DNA from: a virus
Taxonomy: Duplodnaviria; Caudoviricetes
IMG/VR virus record: IMGVR_UViG_3300032226_000551
Coordinates: 32,001 to 96,000 of that record
Direction: 5' to 3' (one strand)
DNA: 64,000 bases
Shown here one piece after another: positions 1 through 8,907 of the stretch. The notes under the pieces are model-generated. The model did not search any database and was not told where the DNA came from. It saw only the letters and a program-made list of their open reading frames with translations. The position numbers and the translations under genes are program-made. Numbering within the stretch: the first letter of the stretch is position 1; each line of letters opens with the position of its first letter.

Positions 1-1
1 A

Positions 2-193
2 AAAGTTTTAATTGAGGTTAAACCAGAAAAACAAACTAAACCACCAACAATAACAAACAGAAAAAAACAATCCACAATACTTTACGAAAAACATAACTAT
101 GCAATCAATTTATCAAAGTGGAAATCTGCAAAAGAATGGTGTGATAAAAAGGGTTATGTTTTTTTAATTTTGAATGAAAACCATTTAAAATGA
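2..193 (+). CDS. gp4: Head completion nuclease, T4 gp4-like (5'-truncated by window edge)
   Basis: Frame 2 reads KVLIEVKPEKQTKPP...YAINLSKWKSAKEWCDKKGYVFLILNENHLK*, the typical gp4 C-terminal half; upstream of head genes. Confidence 0.85.
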   Translation, partial: KVLIEVKPEKQTKPPTITNRKKQSTILYEKHNYAINLSKWKSAKEWCDKKGYVFLILNENHLK

Positions 194-222
194 ACAAGTG
201 TAGTATAAGTAATATTATTGAT

Positions 223-894
223 ATGAGCAATACCTATAATCTATTAGTTGAATCTCCTAATTACGAATTGAAATATTTAGTTGAAGAAAAAAATAGAAAT
301 TCACCTTCCAATCTTTTTATTCAAGGACCATTTTTAATGGCAGATAGACCAAATAGAAATAATAGAATTTATCCAAGACAACAAATGGTCGAAGAGGTTA
401 ACAGATATTCATCTGAAATGATTGCAAATAGCAGATCAACAGGTGAGTTGAATCATCCAACTTCTCCCGAAGTTAATTTGGAAAGAGCTTGTCACATGGT
501 TACTGAATTAAAACAAAACGGTGACATATTTGAAGGTAAGTCCAAAATTCTTTCTACTCCAATGGGACAAATTGTTCGTTCTTTAATTATGGACGGTGTT
601 AAACTTGGAGTCTCTTCTAGAGCATTAGGACGTGTTGATGAAAATAAACAAGGTGTTGGTGTTGTTTCAGATTTCAGATTGGTTGCTATTGACGTAGTTG
701 CCGACCCATCTGTTCCTACCGCATTTGTAAATGGTATTTTAGAATCAAAGAAATGGGTTCTTGCTGATACAGGAGAATTTGAACCATTTTATGAGAAGTT
801 TGAAAAATCTATTTCTAAATTACCAAACAAAGAAAGAGATGCATATTTAAAAGAACAATTTATTACATTTATTAATGCAATAAAAAAACTTTAA
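223..894 (+). CDS. gp21: Prohead core protease, T4 gp21-like
   Basis: NRNNRIYP, GELNHP, GVSSRALG, DVVADPS motifs; start at 223 chosen because TAAGTA (206-211) precedes it. Confidence 0.95.
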   Translation: MSNTYNLLVESPNYELKYLVEEKNRNSPSNLFIQGPFLMADRPNRNNRIYPRQQMVEEVNRYSSEMIANSRSTGELNHPTSPEVNLERACHMVTELKQNGDIFEGKSKILSTPMGQIVRSLIMDGVKLGVSSRALGRVDENKQGVGVVSDFRLVAIDVVADPSVPTAFVNGILESKKWVLADTGEFEPFYEKFEKSISKLPNKERDAYLKEQFITFINAIKKL

Positions 895-927
895 TTGTGA
901 ATAAAAAAAGATAAATAATAATACATT

Positions 928-1395
928 ATGGAATTGCGAAAAGACATCTCTAAGTTTATAACACAAATTTGCGAAAAGAATTATTCTTCGGCAAATTCAA
1001 CACTTGAAACTTTAATTGAAAAAAAGTTAAAAGAAAAGGTTAAAAAAATGCACAAAGCATGTTGCGAAGAATGTGGCAAAAAGAAAAAGAAAAAGGTCGT
1101 TAAAGAAAATTTAGATGACAATGATTTCGGGGATTTCCCAGAACCTGAAGATACTCAAGATAGGATTCCAAATCTGTCAGAAGAACAACCAGAAGAAGAG
1201 GATTATATTATTAGTAGTTCCGGAACATTGGGAGGTAGAACAAGTGTCTCAATTTATGGCGGTAAACATTTAGCAACATTCGGTGACGAAGAATATGCCG
1301 AAAATTTTTTGAGAAAACGTATGGATCAAGAAAGTTTCTATCCGCGTGTTTGGTTCTTTGATGACCATGGTGGTTATACATTAAGAAAATTATAA
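928..1395 (+). CDS. Putative prohead core/internal head protein (gp67/68-like position) with extra C-terminal domain
   Basis: Between gp21 and gp22; helical charged N-terminus, acidic linker, compact C-terminal domain; late motif TAAATA 912-917. Confidence 0.5.
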   Translation: MELRKDISKFITQICEKNYSSANSTLETLIEKKLKEKVKKMHKACCEECGKKKKKKVVKENLDDNDFGDFPEPEDTQDRIPNLSEEQPEEEDYIISSSGTLGGRTSVSIYGGKHLATFGDEEYAENFLRKRMDQESFYPRVWFFDDHGGYTLRKL

Positions 1396-1435
1396 TAAAT
1401 GTCATTCTTGAAAGGTAAATAATAATATACAGCTT

Positions 1436-2338
1436 ATGAATAAATTTGCAGAAATCTTAAAACAAGTCGATGAAAGCGTAATCAACGAAGAAACCGCCAA
1501 AGCAATCACTGAAGCTTTTGATAGCGCAGTTGAAGAAAAAGTAAACGCCAGAGTTACTTTGGAAATGGAAAGTGTTTTATCAAAACAAGACGAAGATCAT
1601 GCTAACAAACTTCAAAAACTTTTGGAAGCAATCGATACAGATCACACTGAAAAATTACAACAAGTTGTAAATGCTCTTACAGAAAATCATACTGGTAAAT
1701 TAAAAAATATTATCAGCTTTTATAAAAAGGCAATCAATGAAAAAGCCGAAAAATTTTCTGGTAAGATTGTTTCCGAAATTAGCAACTATCTAGATTTATA
1801 TTTGGATAAAAATGTTCCTAATTTACAATTAGAAGAAGCTGTTCAAAATACATATGCTCGCAAGCAGCTTGATAAAATTAGAGAATTGGTTGGAATTGAT
1901 CCCGATTACATTAACGAAAGCGTTAAATCGGTTGTTTCTAAAGGCAAATCTAAAATTGATGAGCTTAATGAAAAATTAAATGAAGCATACAAAGAAAATC
2001 ATTTATTGGCTGAAAAATTAAAAGTAAATGAATCCGCTTTTCTTATTGAAAAGAAAACAAAGGGTATGCCAACAGCTAAAAAAGAATTTATTACAAATTT
2101 ATTGAACGACAAAGATTCTTCTTATATTGAAGAGAATTTTAATTATGTCGTTGAGATGTTCGAACGTGGAGAGGAAGATAAATCTTCTGATTTGGTTCAA
2201 GAAGCTAAAGAAAGAGCTTTAAGTAGAGATGCTAAGATTCCTGCTAAAAATATTATCAAAGAATCTAAATCATCATCTGTTAAAACCAAAGAATTTAATC
2301 CGGTTTCGAACTATCTTAATGAACTTAGTAGATACTAA
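1436..2338 (+). CDS. gp22: Prohead core scaffold protein, gp22-like
   Basis: Coiled-coil, E/K-rich, directly upstream of major capsid gene, ends NYLNELSRY. Confidence 0.85.
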   Translation: MNKFAEILKQVDESVINEETAKAITEAFDSAVEEKVNARVTLEMESVLSKQDEDHANKLQKLLEAIDTDHTEKLQQVVNALTENHTGKLKNIISFYKKAINEKAEKFSGKIVSEISNYLDLYLDKNVPNLQLEEAVQNTYARKQLDKIRELVGIDPDYINESVKSVVSKGKSKIDELNEKLNEAYKENHLLAEKLKVNESAFLIEKKTKGMPTAKKEFITNLLNDKDSSYIEENFNYVVEMFERGEEDKSSDLVQEAKERALSRDAKIPAKNIIKESKSSSVKTKEFNPVSNYLNELSRY

Positions 2339-2410
2339 AAATTTCCAGTTGAAGAGAAGCATCTGCTTATCTTGATTCTATATCCATAGAAAGGTAAATA
2401 AATATATATT

Positions 2411-3889
2411 ATGAGAAATGTTAATCCAGCCACAGGCTACATCGATAGATCCCGTGCTCAACAGCTAGTTGAAAAATGGTCCCCCGTACTCAATTATTCA
2501 TCCGATAAGGTTGCTCCAATTGAAGACGAACATGCCCGTTTAACAACTGCGATCCTAATGGAAAACCAAGAAAGATGGTGTATTGAAGAAGCAGGAGGTA
2601 ACTCTGCTGGTGTTGGTGGTGCTTTTGGCACACCCACTGGTTCTGCTCTTTATTCCCCACCCGGAACGGTTACAGCAGGAGATCGTTATGCAACAGGTGA
2701 CCAACGCTTACCAAAGGTTTTAATACCAATGGTTCGTCGTACATTCCCTGAGTTGATCACTAACGAAATCGTCGGCGTTCAGCCAATGAGTGGACCAGTA
2801 GGATTGGCCTTCGCTCTTCGTTACCGCTATGAGGCTGATAGCTTAGGTGCTAATGGACTTGATGGTTATGCTAATGGCAAAACCACAGTTGGAGGCGATT
2901 ATATTAATCGTTCTTACGCTACAAATTCATCTGGACCCGATGCCGGAAAAGGCAAAGAATTAGGCTATCAATACTTAGATACTAGATTTACTGGTACTAG
3001 CGCAAACTTCACCTCTATCGCAGACTTCCAAGTTTTGGATTCTGATAAAGGTGTCGCCGCTATTCTCAGTCAGTTCGAATTAACAGGCAACATTCCTCAA
3101 GTTACTGTTGAGTTCAGCAAAACAGCTGTTGAGGCTGGCACACGCCGCCTTGCTGCTCGTTGGTCTGTTGAACTTGAGCAAGACTTGAAGAACATGAATG
3201 GCCTCGATATCGACGGTGAATTAACAAACGCAATGTCGTATGAAATTCAAGCCGAAATCGACCGTGAAATGGTAATTCGTATGGTTCAAGTAGCCCTCAA
3301 TGCAGGTTCTCCGAATGGATACAGCTTCTGGTACGCCGCATCAGCTGACGCACGTTGGCTCGGTGAGCGTAATCGTGACTTCTACAGCAAAGTTATCGTT
3401 GAAGCCAACCGTATTGCTATCCGCAATCGTCGTGGTTCCGCTAACTTCATTATTGCAACACCTCGCGTGTGTGCAATTCTTGAGATGTTACCAGAGTTCC
3501 AATGGATGCCAGTAAACGGCAACGTCAACACACAACCAACAGGTATTGCCAAAGTTGGTTCACTTGGCGGACGTTTTACTGTCTACCGTGACACTCGTAC
3601 AGATGCTCAGTATCTCGATGGTCAACGTACAAACTCATTAGAATATGCCCTCTTAGGTTTCAAAGGTACAGAATATTATGACACTGGTATCGTCTATTGT
3701 CCTTATATTCCTGTCATGATCCAAAGAACAATCGGTCCTAACGACTTCTCTCCAAGAGTAGGTCTTATGACTCGTTATGGTGTAGTAGATCACATCTTCG
3801 GTGCGAATCTCTACTATCATATCATCATTGTTAAAGGTCTTGGCACTGAAGGTGCTTTTAAAGTTGATGCAGGTCGCATCTATCTCTAA
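2411..3889 (+). CDS. gp23: Major capsid protein, gp23-like
   Basis: LVEKWSPVL, ILMENQE, VRRTFP, GVQPMSGPVGLAFALR, ELEQDLK, YCPYIP, MTRYG motifs. Confidence 0.98.
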   Translation: MRNVNPATGYIDRSRAQQLVEKWSPVLNYSSDKVAPIEDEHARLTTAILMENQERWCIEEAGGNSAGVGGAFGTPTGSALYSPPGTVTAGDRYATGDQRLPKVLIPMVRRTFPELITNEIVGVQPMSGPVGLAFALRYRYEADSLGANGLDGYANGKTTVGGDYINRSYATNSSGPDAGKGKELGYQYLDTRFTGTSANFTSIADFQVLDSDKGVAAILSQFELTGNIPQVTVEFSKTAVEAGTRRLAARWSVELEQDLKNMNGLDIDGELTNAMSYEIQAEIDREMVIRMVQVALNAGSPNGYSFWYAASADARWLGERNRDFYSKVIVEANRIAIRNRRGSANFIIATPRVCAILEMLPEFQWMPVNGNVNTQPTGIAKVGSLGGRFTVYRDTRTDAQYLDGQRTNSLEYALLGFKGTEYYDTGIVYCPYIPVMIQRTIGPNDFSPRVGLMTRYGVVDHIFGANLYYHIIIVKGLGTEGAFKVDAGRIYL

Positions 3890-3915
3890 TAAGTTAGATA
3901 CAAGGTCGAAAGCTC

Positions 3916-3956
3916 AAAAAAACCCCATTTCGAAAGAAATGGGGTTTTTTATTTTT
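3916..3956. terminator. Bidirectional intrinsic terminator after gp23
   Basis: AAAAAAACCCCATTTC-GAAA-GAAATGGGGTTTTTT hairpin with A/T tails between convergent genes. Confidence 0.9.
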
Positions 3957-3979
3957 AAAAATTAAAATAAAAAAATAAA

Positions 3980-4270
3980 TTAAACTGCGTTTAATTCACT
4001 TAAAAATTCTTCAAATCTTTTTTTATAGATTGAATCTAAATAATAGTTGAATCCCTTATTTGCCTTTAATTCTTCTATAAATTTGTTTTGTGTGTCAGGA
4101 TCTTGTAATTGAGACATTGTATTTCTGATATGTTGCTTTAAACCTTCCCAATCGTTCATATACGTGTCCGTAATATGCAAGTCTATGTTTTTAACCTGTC
4201 CATCCTTTGTTGCAAATGCAGCAGTTGGTGCTTCGTTTAATAGAGATTTTACTAATTTATCAAATTTCAT
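3980..4270 (-). CDS. Hypothetical protein, putative internal head protein
   Basis: 96 aa; leader MKFDKLVKSLLNEA; late motif TAAGTA (minus, 4278-4283). Confidence 0.6.
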   Translation of the reverse strand: MKFDKLVKSLLNEAPTAAFATKDGQVKNIDLHITDTYMNDWEGLKQHIRNTMSQLQDPDTQNKFIEELKANKGFNYYLDSIYKKRFEEFLSELNAV

Positions 4271-4280
4271 ATAATAATAC

Positions 4281-4766
4281 TTATTCTTCTTTAGTGTCTT
4301 CTATTGCTACATCTATAACATCATCGTTATTTTTTTGTTTCTTGTCTCCCAAACCTTTTAATATCTCATCTCTAGATGCTATCAATATATTTGTAGTTTG
4401 TGGTATTTTAGAAGCGATCATCTTATTAGCTTCCAATTCTATTTTCTTTAATTCTAAATTACTTTTACTCTTTTTGTTTTGTAAGTTTATTTGATTTAAT
4501 GTATCTAATGCCTTCGTAGTTGCGTTTATAAGCTGTGAGAGCGCAGATATCTCTTTTGGGTCAACTCCAGTCAAAACACTATCTCTAATCGTTTGTACGG
4601 CTCCTAAACTCGCGCTAACAAGTTCTACGGACTTCTTATATACAAATGAATTTACATTATCATCTGTAACATCTTCTTTTTTATCGGTTGTAACCAAAGT
4701 GTTAGATGGAACAGAATCGCTTTTTAATTGTTCTATTATAGAATCTATTTCGTTATTATTTTCCAT
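4281..4766 (-). CDS. gp16: Terminase small subunit, gp16-like
   Basis: Helical core (PKEISALSQLINATTKALDTL) and C-terminal TTNILIASRDEILK resemble T4-type small terminase; start at MENNNEID. Confidence 0.6.
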   Translation of the reverse strand: MENNNEIDSIIEQLKSDSVPSNTLVTTDKKEDVTDDNVNSFVYKKSVELVSASLGAVQTIRDSVLTGVDPKEISALSQLINATTKALDTLNQINLQNKKSKSNLELKKIELEANKMIASKIPQTTNILIASRDEILKGLGDKKQKNNDDVIDVAIEDTKEE

Positions 4767-4800
4767 TGAATTGTAATTTGATGTAGTAAATATACTTAGT

Positions 4801-4986
4801 ATGATTACCGAAATATTTACAAACAATAATCAAGAATACCATATTCCAAGCGAATTGCCAACAAGTATATTAGCGGAATTGGATCCAGAATTGATTCAAA
4901 ATATCGATTCTGAAGAAAAATCGGATTCCGATGTACTGGAAGTAGTTTCGAAGAATTTTCAAGGTAAGCAGTTAATTATTGATTGA
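4801..4986 (+). CDS. Small acidic hypothetical protein
   Basis: 61-aa ORF filling the gap upstream of gp44. Confidence 0.45.
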   Translation: MITEIFTNNNQEYHIPSELPTSILAELDPELIQNIDSEEKSDSDVLEVVSKNFQGKQLIID

Positions 4987-5011
4987 TTTTATTGGTCATA
5001 TGCCTTAACAT
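4983..5011 (+). promoter_or_regulatory. Sigma70-type promoter abutting gp44 start
   Basis: TTGATT-N17-TAACAT; ATG at 5018. Confidence 0.5.
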
Positions 5012-5017
5012 ATAGGC

Positions 5018-5950
5018 ATGACAAAATACAATTCATTGTGGGTTGAGAAATATCGACCTTCGAAAATTACCGACATTATTTTGAATGACGGCAATAGGGA
5101 GTTTTTCAATAATTTGGATGAAAAGACTCCACATATATTTCTTTGGGGTGCACCGGGTGCAGGGAAAACCACCCTTGCTAAGATAATCGTAAACGACATA
5201 CTAAAATGTCAGTATCTCTACATCAATGCATCAGACGAAAACGGTGTCGATACTATCAGAAACAAGGTAATCTCTTTCTCTCAAACAAAATCATTGGATG
5301 GTAATATAAAAGTTATTATCTTAGATGAATCTGATGGATTAACTAATGAAAGCCAAAGAGTTCTTAGAAACGTCATGGAAGAATATTCCGAAAACGTTCG
5401 ATTCATTTTAACAGCAAATTATGCAAATAAAATAATCGAACCTATACAATCAAGATGTTTGGTTTTTAACATAAAACCAAATTTAGAAGAATCTTACAAT
5501 AGATGTTTATATATTTTACAAAATGAAAATATAAAAATCGATGATGATACGAAAACTCTATTAAAACCTTTTATTGAAAAGAGAAACTTGGATTTAAGAA
5601 GGTGTATAAATGATCTACAGAGATATTCTGTCGATGGGAAATTGAATTTAAATTCTTCTTTCTCTAATAGTAACATTCATGCACAACATATCATAAAATC
5701 ACTTTTATTAAAGGAATCTTGCTGGAATATAAGAAAATATGTTCTTTCTAATGAAATTAATTTCGATTATAATTATGGTAATCTCATGAAAGAGATGTTT
5801 GAAATATTATTCTCATCTAAAATACAAGGTAATATGAAGAAAATGATCCTATTAGAATTAGGAGAGCATATGTACCGAGATGTTTCGGTATTAGATCATG
5901 AAATTAACTTCTTTTGCTGTATTCTAGCTATAGAAAAAATTATGACTTAA
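5018..5950 (+). CDS. gp44: Clamp loader AAA+ subunit, gp44/RFC-like
   Basis: LWVEKYRP, Walker A GAPGAGKT, INASDENG, Walker B IILDESD, SRC motif. Confidence 0.95.
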   Translation: MTKYNSLWVEKYRPSKITDIILNDGNREFFNNLDEKTPHIFLWGAPGAGKTTLAKIIVNDILKCQYLYINASDENGVDTIRNKVISFSQTKSLDGNIKVIILDESDGLTNESQRVLRNVMEEYSENVRFILTANYANKIIEPIQSRCLVFNIKPNLEESYNRCLYILQNENIKIDDDTKTLLKPFIEKRNLDLRRCINDLQRYSVDGKLNLNSSFSNSNIHAQHIIKSLLLKESCWNIRKYVLSNEINFDYNYGNLMKEMFEILFSSKIQGNMKKMILLELGEHMYRDVSVLDHEINFFCCILAIEKIMT

Positions 5951-6470
5951 TTTGTACGTTTTTAGTGGGTAGAGAATTATCTTCTGGTTGATTTCCCAAA
6001 TTTATATTAATTTGTACTACCTCTGGTTTAGTACCAATTGGTTTTTCGTATTTATTTGGAACACCTTGTACTGGTGGTAAATTAACACCGAAATCTAGAA
6101 CTTCTATAACCTCAAAGTCACCGGGTACGGTAAACTCTGACATTTCCGTTGGGGTATGAACCGATCTAGGGTCGCATTTTAAAATTAAGAACACATCCCC
6201 CGAACCTTCGTTTGTGTTTGCATCTTTTACGTTTTGTTCGGAACCACCACCAACAACTCTTTTAATAAAAAAGAAATAGTCTTGATCAACCATTGCTTTT
6301 AACCATTCGCAAAAAGCACTGTGTCCACCATAATGCTTTTTAAAGTATGGTGAATTAAAAAAACCACTTTTTATCTTAACTGGTGATCCTTCTCTGAATC
6401 CACCATTAGAAAAATGTGTAAAAGCAGTTTCGAGCAATGTATCAAATCTATTAAATTTTTTCATATCCAT
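5940..6470 (-). CDS. Hypothetical protein (late, possible virion protein)
   Basis: 176 aa; leader MKKFNRFDTLLE; late motif at 6474-6479. Confidence 0.65.
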   Translation of the reverse strand: MDMKKFNRFDTLLETAFTHFSNGGFREGSPVKIKSGFFNSPYFKKHYGGHSAFCEWLKAMVDQDYFFFIKRVVGGGSEQNVKDANTNEGSGDVFLILKCDPRSVHTPTEMSEFTVPGDFEVIEVLDFGVNLPPVQGVPNKYEKPIGTKPEVVQININLGNQPEDNSLPTKNVQIKS

Positions 6471-6473
6471 ATA

Positions 6474-6491
6474 TATTTACATAAGTATTTA
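6474..6491. promoter_or_regulatory. Back-to-back divergent late promoters
   Basis: TATTTACATAAGTATTTA between divergent ATGs; identical inverted copy at 51559-51576. Confidence 0.65.
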
Positions 6492-6497
6492 CCTAAT

Positions 6498-6998
6498 ATG
6501 GCTACAGTTCGACTAGATAATTTAATAAAACCTAGAATTAGAAACTCTAAAGAAACCAATTTAAAAAACGAGTATATTGAAAAACCAGCATTATACACTG
6601 ATTTAACATTGGATATGAGTGTATCCAAATCAATCGGTTCTGGTTTAAATGTAATTGATGCGGGTGATATTGCAGTTTCTAATGATGACGAGGCTATAAA
6701 AAATTCATTATACAATATCTTTTCTACTAAAAAGGGTCAAAAAATACTAAATCCTGAATTTGGTGCATCTTTGGATCAATATCTATTTGAAAATGTAAAT
6801 TCGTTTGTTGGAAATAGTTTGGGAAAAAATATATTCGATACTATTAAAAATTATGAACCGAGAATAAGGGTCCATAAAGTAGATGTGTATCCTCTTCCAG
6901 ATTTAAACCAATATACCGTAAAAATTTATTATTATAAGGTAAACGGAGAAGGAGCATTGAGTTTAAAATTAGATAGAAGTGGAATTATCATCGAATAA
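6498..6998 (+). CDS. gp25: Baseplate wedge subunit, gp25-like
   Basis: YTDLTLD, AIKNSLYNIFSTKKGQKILNPEFGASLDQYLFE, YEPRI. Confidence 0.9.
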   Translation: MATVRLDNLIKPRIRNSKETNLKNEYIEKPALYTDLTLDMSVSKSIGSGLNVIDAGDIAVSNDDEAIKNSLYNIFSTKKGQKILNPEFGASLDQYLFENVNSFVGNSLGKNIFDTIKNYEPRIRVHKVDVYPLPDLNQYTVKIYYYKVNGEGALSLKLDRSGIIIE

Positions 6999-7009
6999 TA
7001 AGTATTGTT

Positions 7010-7447
7010 ATGTGGAAGAATATAATAGACATAGCCAAAACAGCAAAATCCATGTTAAGCAGTGGCGAAATACCTCCAAACACACCCGAAAACTATAAAG
7101 AGGATTTGAGCAAGGTAAATTTTTTAGCATCTAAAAAATTTTATGTGGTTTTTTGCTCTGTTATAATATTAAGTTTTTTCTATGCGGCGAGTATAATTGT
7201 TTTATTTTTAACCGCAGCACATCCTTCTTTAACAACAGCTTTTGTTAGTATTTTTAGCGAAACAATAAAAATATTAGCAGTAATTATAGCAAGTTATTTG
7301 GGTGTACAAACTGTTTTAGATTACAAAATGAATTCAAATTCTACTAATGAATATAAAACAAGCAATGAATATTCTAAAAAACAAATTGATGTAAACAAAG
7401 TTACCTATATTGAAACCAATTCAAAGGAAGATGATTATGAACTCTAA
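7010..7447 (+). CDS. Putative holin / membrane protein
   Basis: Two hydrophobic segments (SKKFYVVF...; ILAVIIASYLGVQ) directly upstream of an endolysin. Confidence 0.6.
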   Translation: MWKNIIDIAKTAKSMLSSGEIPPNTPENYKEDLSKVNFLASKKFYVVFCSVIILSFFYAASIIVLFLTAAHPSLTTAFVSIFSETIKILAVIIASYLGVQTVLDYKMNSNSTNEYKTSNEYSKKQIDVNKVTYIETNSKEDDYEL

Positions 7448-8054
7448 AAAACCATCTGAAAAAGCCTTAAATTTATTGTTTAAATACGAAGTAGGGGGAG
7501 GAAAGAATTATTATGATAAATATTTGTCCCACTTCACATGGCCCGGTGGGGCTTCTGGACCAACCATCGGTATCGGTATCGATTGCGCTTATTATACTCA
7601 AACAGAATTGCAAAAAATATTTGAGTTTTTACCAAGTGAACAAATAGAATTGATAAAAAAATCTAGTGGTAAAACCGGACAAGATGGGAAAGAGTATACA
7701 AAAACATTAAGACAATCCGGTATAGTTGTAGAATGGGAAGAAGCAGTTGAAATATTCAACAGTCTAACATGGAAAAAATTTTCAACATTGGCAGAAAAAA
7801 CATTCCCATCGCTAGATCAACTCTGTCCTGATGCATATGGTGCTATAGTGTCCCTCGTATTCAATCGAGGAACGAGCCTAAACGGTCCTTCTAGGCTCGA
7901 AATGAGAAAAATCAAGGAATTGATACCTTCCAAGGATTATAATTCAATAGCGAACGAAATTAGAAAAATGAAAAGGCTCTGGATGGGTAAAAATATGGCG
8001 GGACTATTAGAAAGAAGAGAATCGGAAGCTAAATTAGTAGAAAGTTGTGCTTAA
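7437..8054 (+). CDS. Endolysin, lysozyme-fold (pesticin-C/GH24-like muramidase)
   Basis: YEVGG..YY, WPGGASGPTIGIGID, AIVSLVFNRG, GLLERRESEA. Confidence 0.85.
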   Translation: MNSKKPSEKALNLLFKYEVGGGKNYYDKYLSHFTWPGGASGPTIGIGIDCAYYTQTELQKIFEFLPSEQIELIKKSSGKTGQDGKEYTKTLRQSGIVVEWEEAVEIFNSLTWKKFSTLAEKTFPSLDQLCPDAYGAIVSLVFNRGTSLNGPSRLEMRKIKELIPSKDYNSIANEIRKMKRLWMGKNMAGLLERRESEAKLVESCA

Positions 8055-8055
8055 T

Positions 8056-8307
8056 ATGGAACTTTCTGAGGTATACGCAAAAAATGTTAAAAAAACAAGT
8101 GTCAGCAACTTATGTGTTGGTGGAAATATGCCAATTATTGAAAGAGATCCAAATTTGATTAAATTGGAAAGAGAGGTTTTTGCTAAAATGTTAGAAATAT
8201 CGCCACCAGAAGAAACCCCGCCAAGCAAAACCTCTAATTTGAGTATTAAAAATGTATCATTTGAGGATGCACTAAAAGAATTAGTAAGTATTAGAAATAA
8301 TTCTTAA
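8056..8307 (+). CDS. Hypothetical protein
   Basis: 83-aa ORF immediately after endolysin. Confidence 0.55.
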   Translation: MELSEVYAKNVKKTSVSNLCVGGNMPIIERDPNLIKLEREVFAKMLEISPPEETPPSKTSNLSIKNVSFEDALKELVSIRNNS

Positions 8308-8358
8308 ATATTCAGAAGTTTTCTTAAACATTATTAATTTATTCTCTCTATAAATTCA

Positions 8359-8386
8359 ATTATAATACAGATAAAAAAAATGTCAA
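8359..8386 (-). promoter_or_regulatory. Consensus sigma70 promoter with no downstream gene
   Basis: Minus strand TTGACA-N16-TATAAT. Confidence 0.65.
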
Positions 8387-8409
8387 CTGGTTTTTTTAAA
8401 ATTCCCAAA

Positions 8410-8907
8410 CTACTTATTCATATTTTTTAATTTGTCAAGTACTTTTAATAAAAATTCTTCATCATCTCCAGTAGGATTAAGACAAGGAAAGTCTAAAAAT
8501 TTTCCAGATGTATTTAAAAATAATTTTTTATCAGTTTTTAATTCTATAAAATTCGGTAAATTCTTTTTACAAATTTTTTTACATATTTTTAATATTTTTA
8601 ATGGATCAGTAAAAAAAGAATGCCATTCTCTTGTTTCATTTGAATTAAAAAGAAATGATATTATTTTACAATTGTTATCATTTGCTATTTTTATAAAATT
8701 ATCTAATTCCGATTGTAATTTGGTTTGTATTAATTCTTTTATTAAAATATTACTACAATTAACCATTCCATTTTTTAAAAGATCCCAATCATAAACAAAA
8801 TCTAATACATGAACCGATAATTCATCTATATAGTTTGAAATATCAAAAATTAATATATTTTCTTTTAAATAATATAAAAAGTATTTTTTAACTTTTTTTT
8901 CGTTCAC
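8410..8907 (-). CDS. Hypothetical protein
   Basis: 165-aa ORF overlapping upstream gene in the same operon. Confidence 0.65.
   Translation of the reverse strand: MNEKKVKKYFLYYLKENILIFDISNYIDELSVHVLDFVYDWDLLKNGMVNCSNILIKELIQTKLQSELDNFIKIANDNNCKIISFLFNSNETREWHSFFTDPLKILKICKKICKKNLPNFIELKTDKKLFLNTSGKFLDFPCLNPTGDDEEFLLKVLDKLKNMNK

Noticed and set aside
2352-2391. Small hairpins upstream of gp23 as a translational operator
   Set aside because: Stems are only 5-6 bp and lie upstream of the proximal late motif; insufficient support
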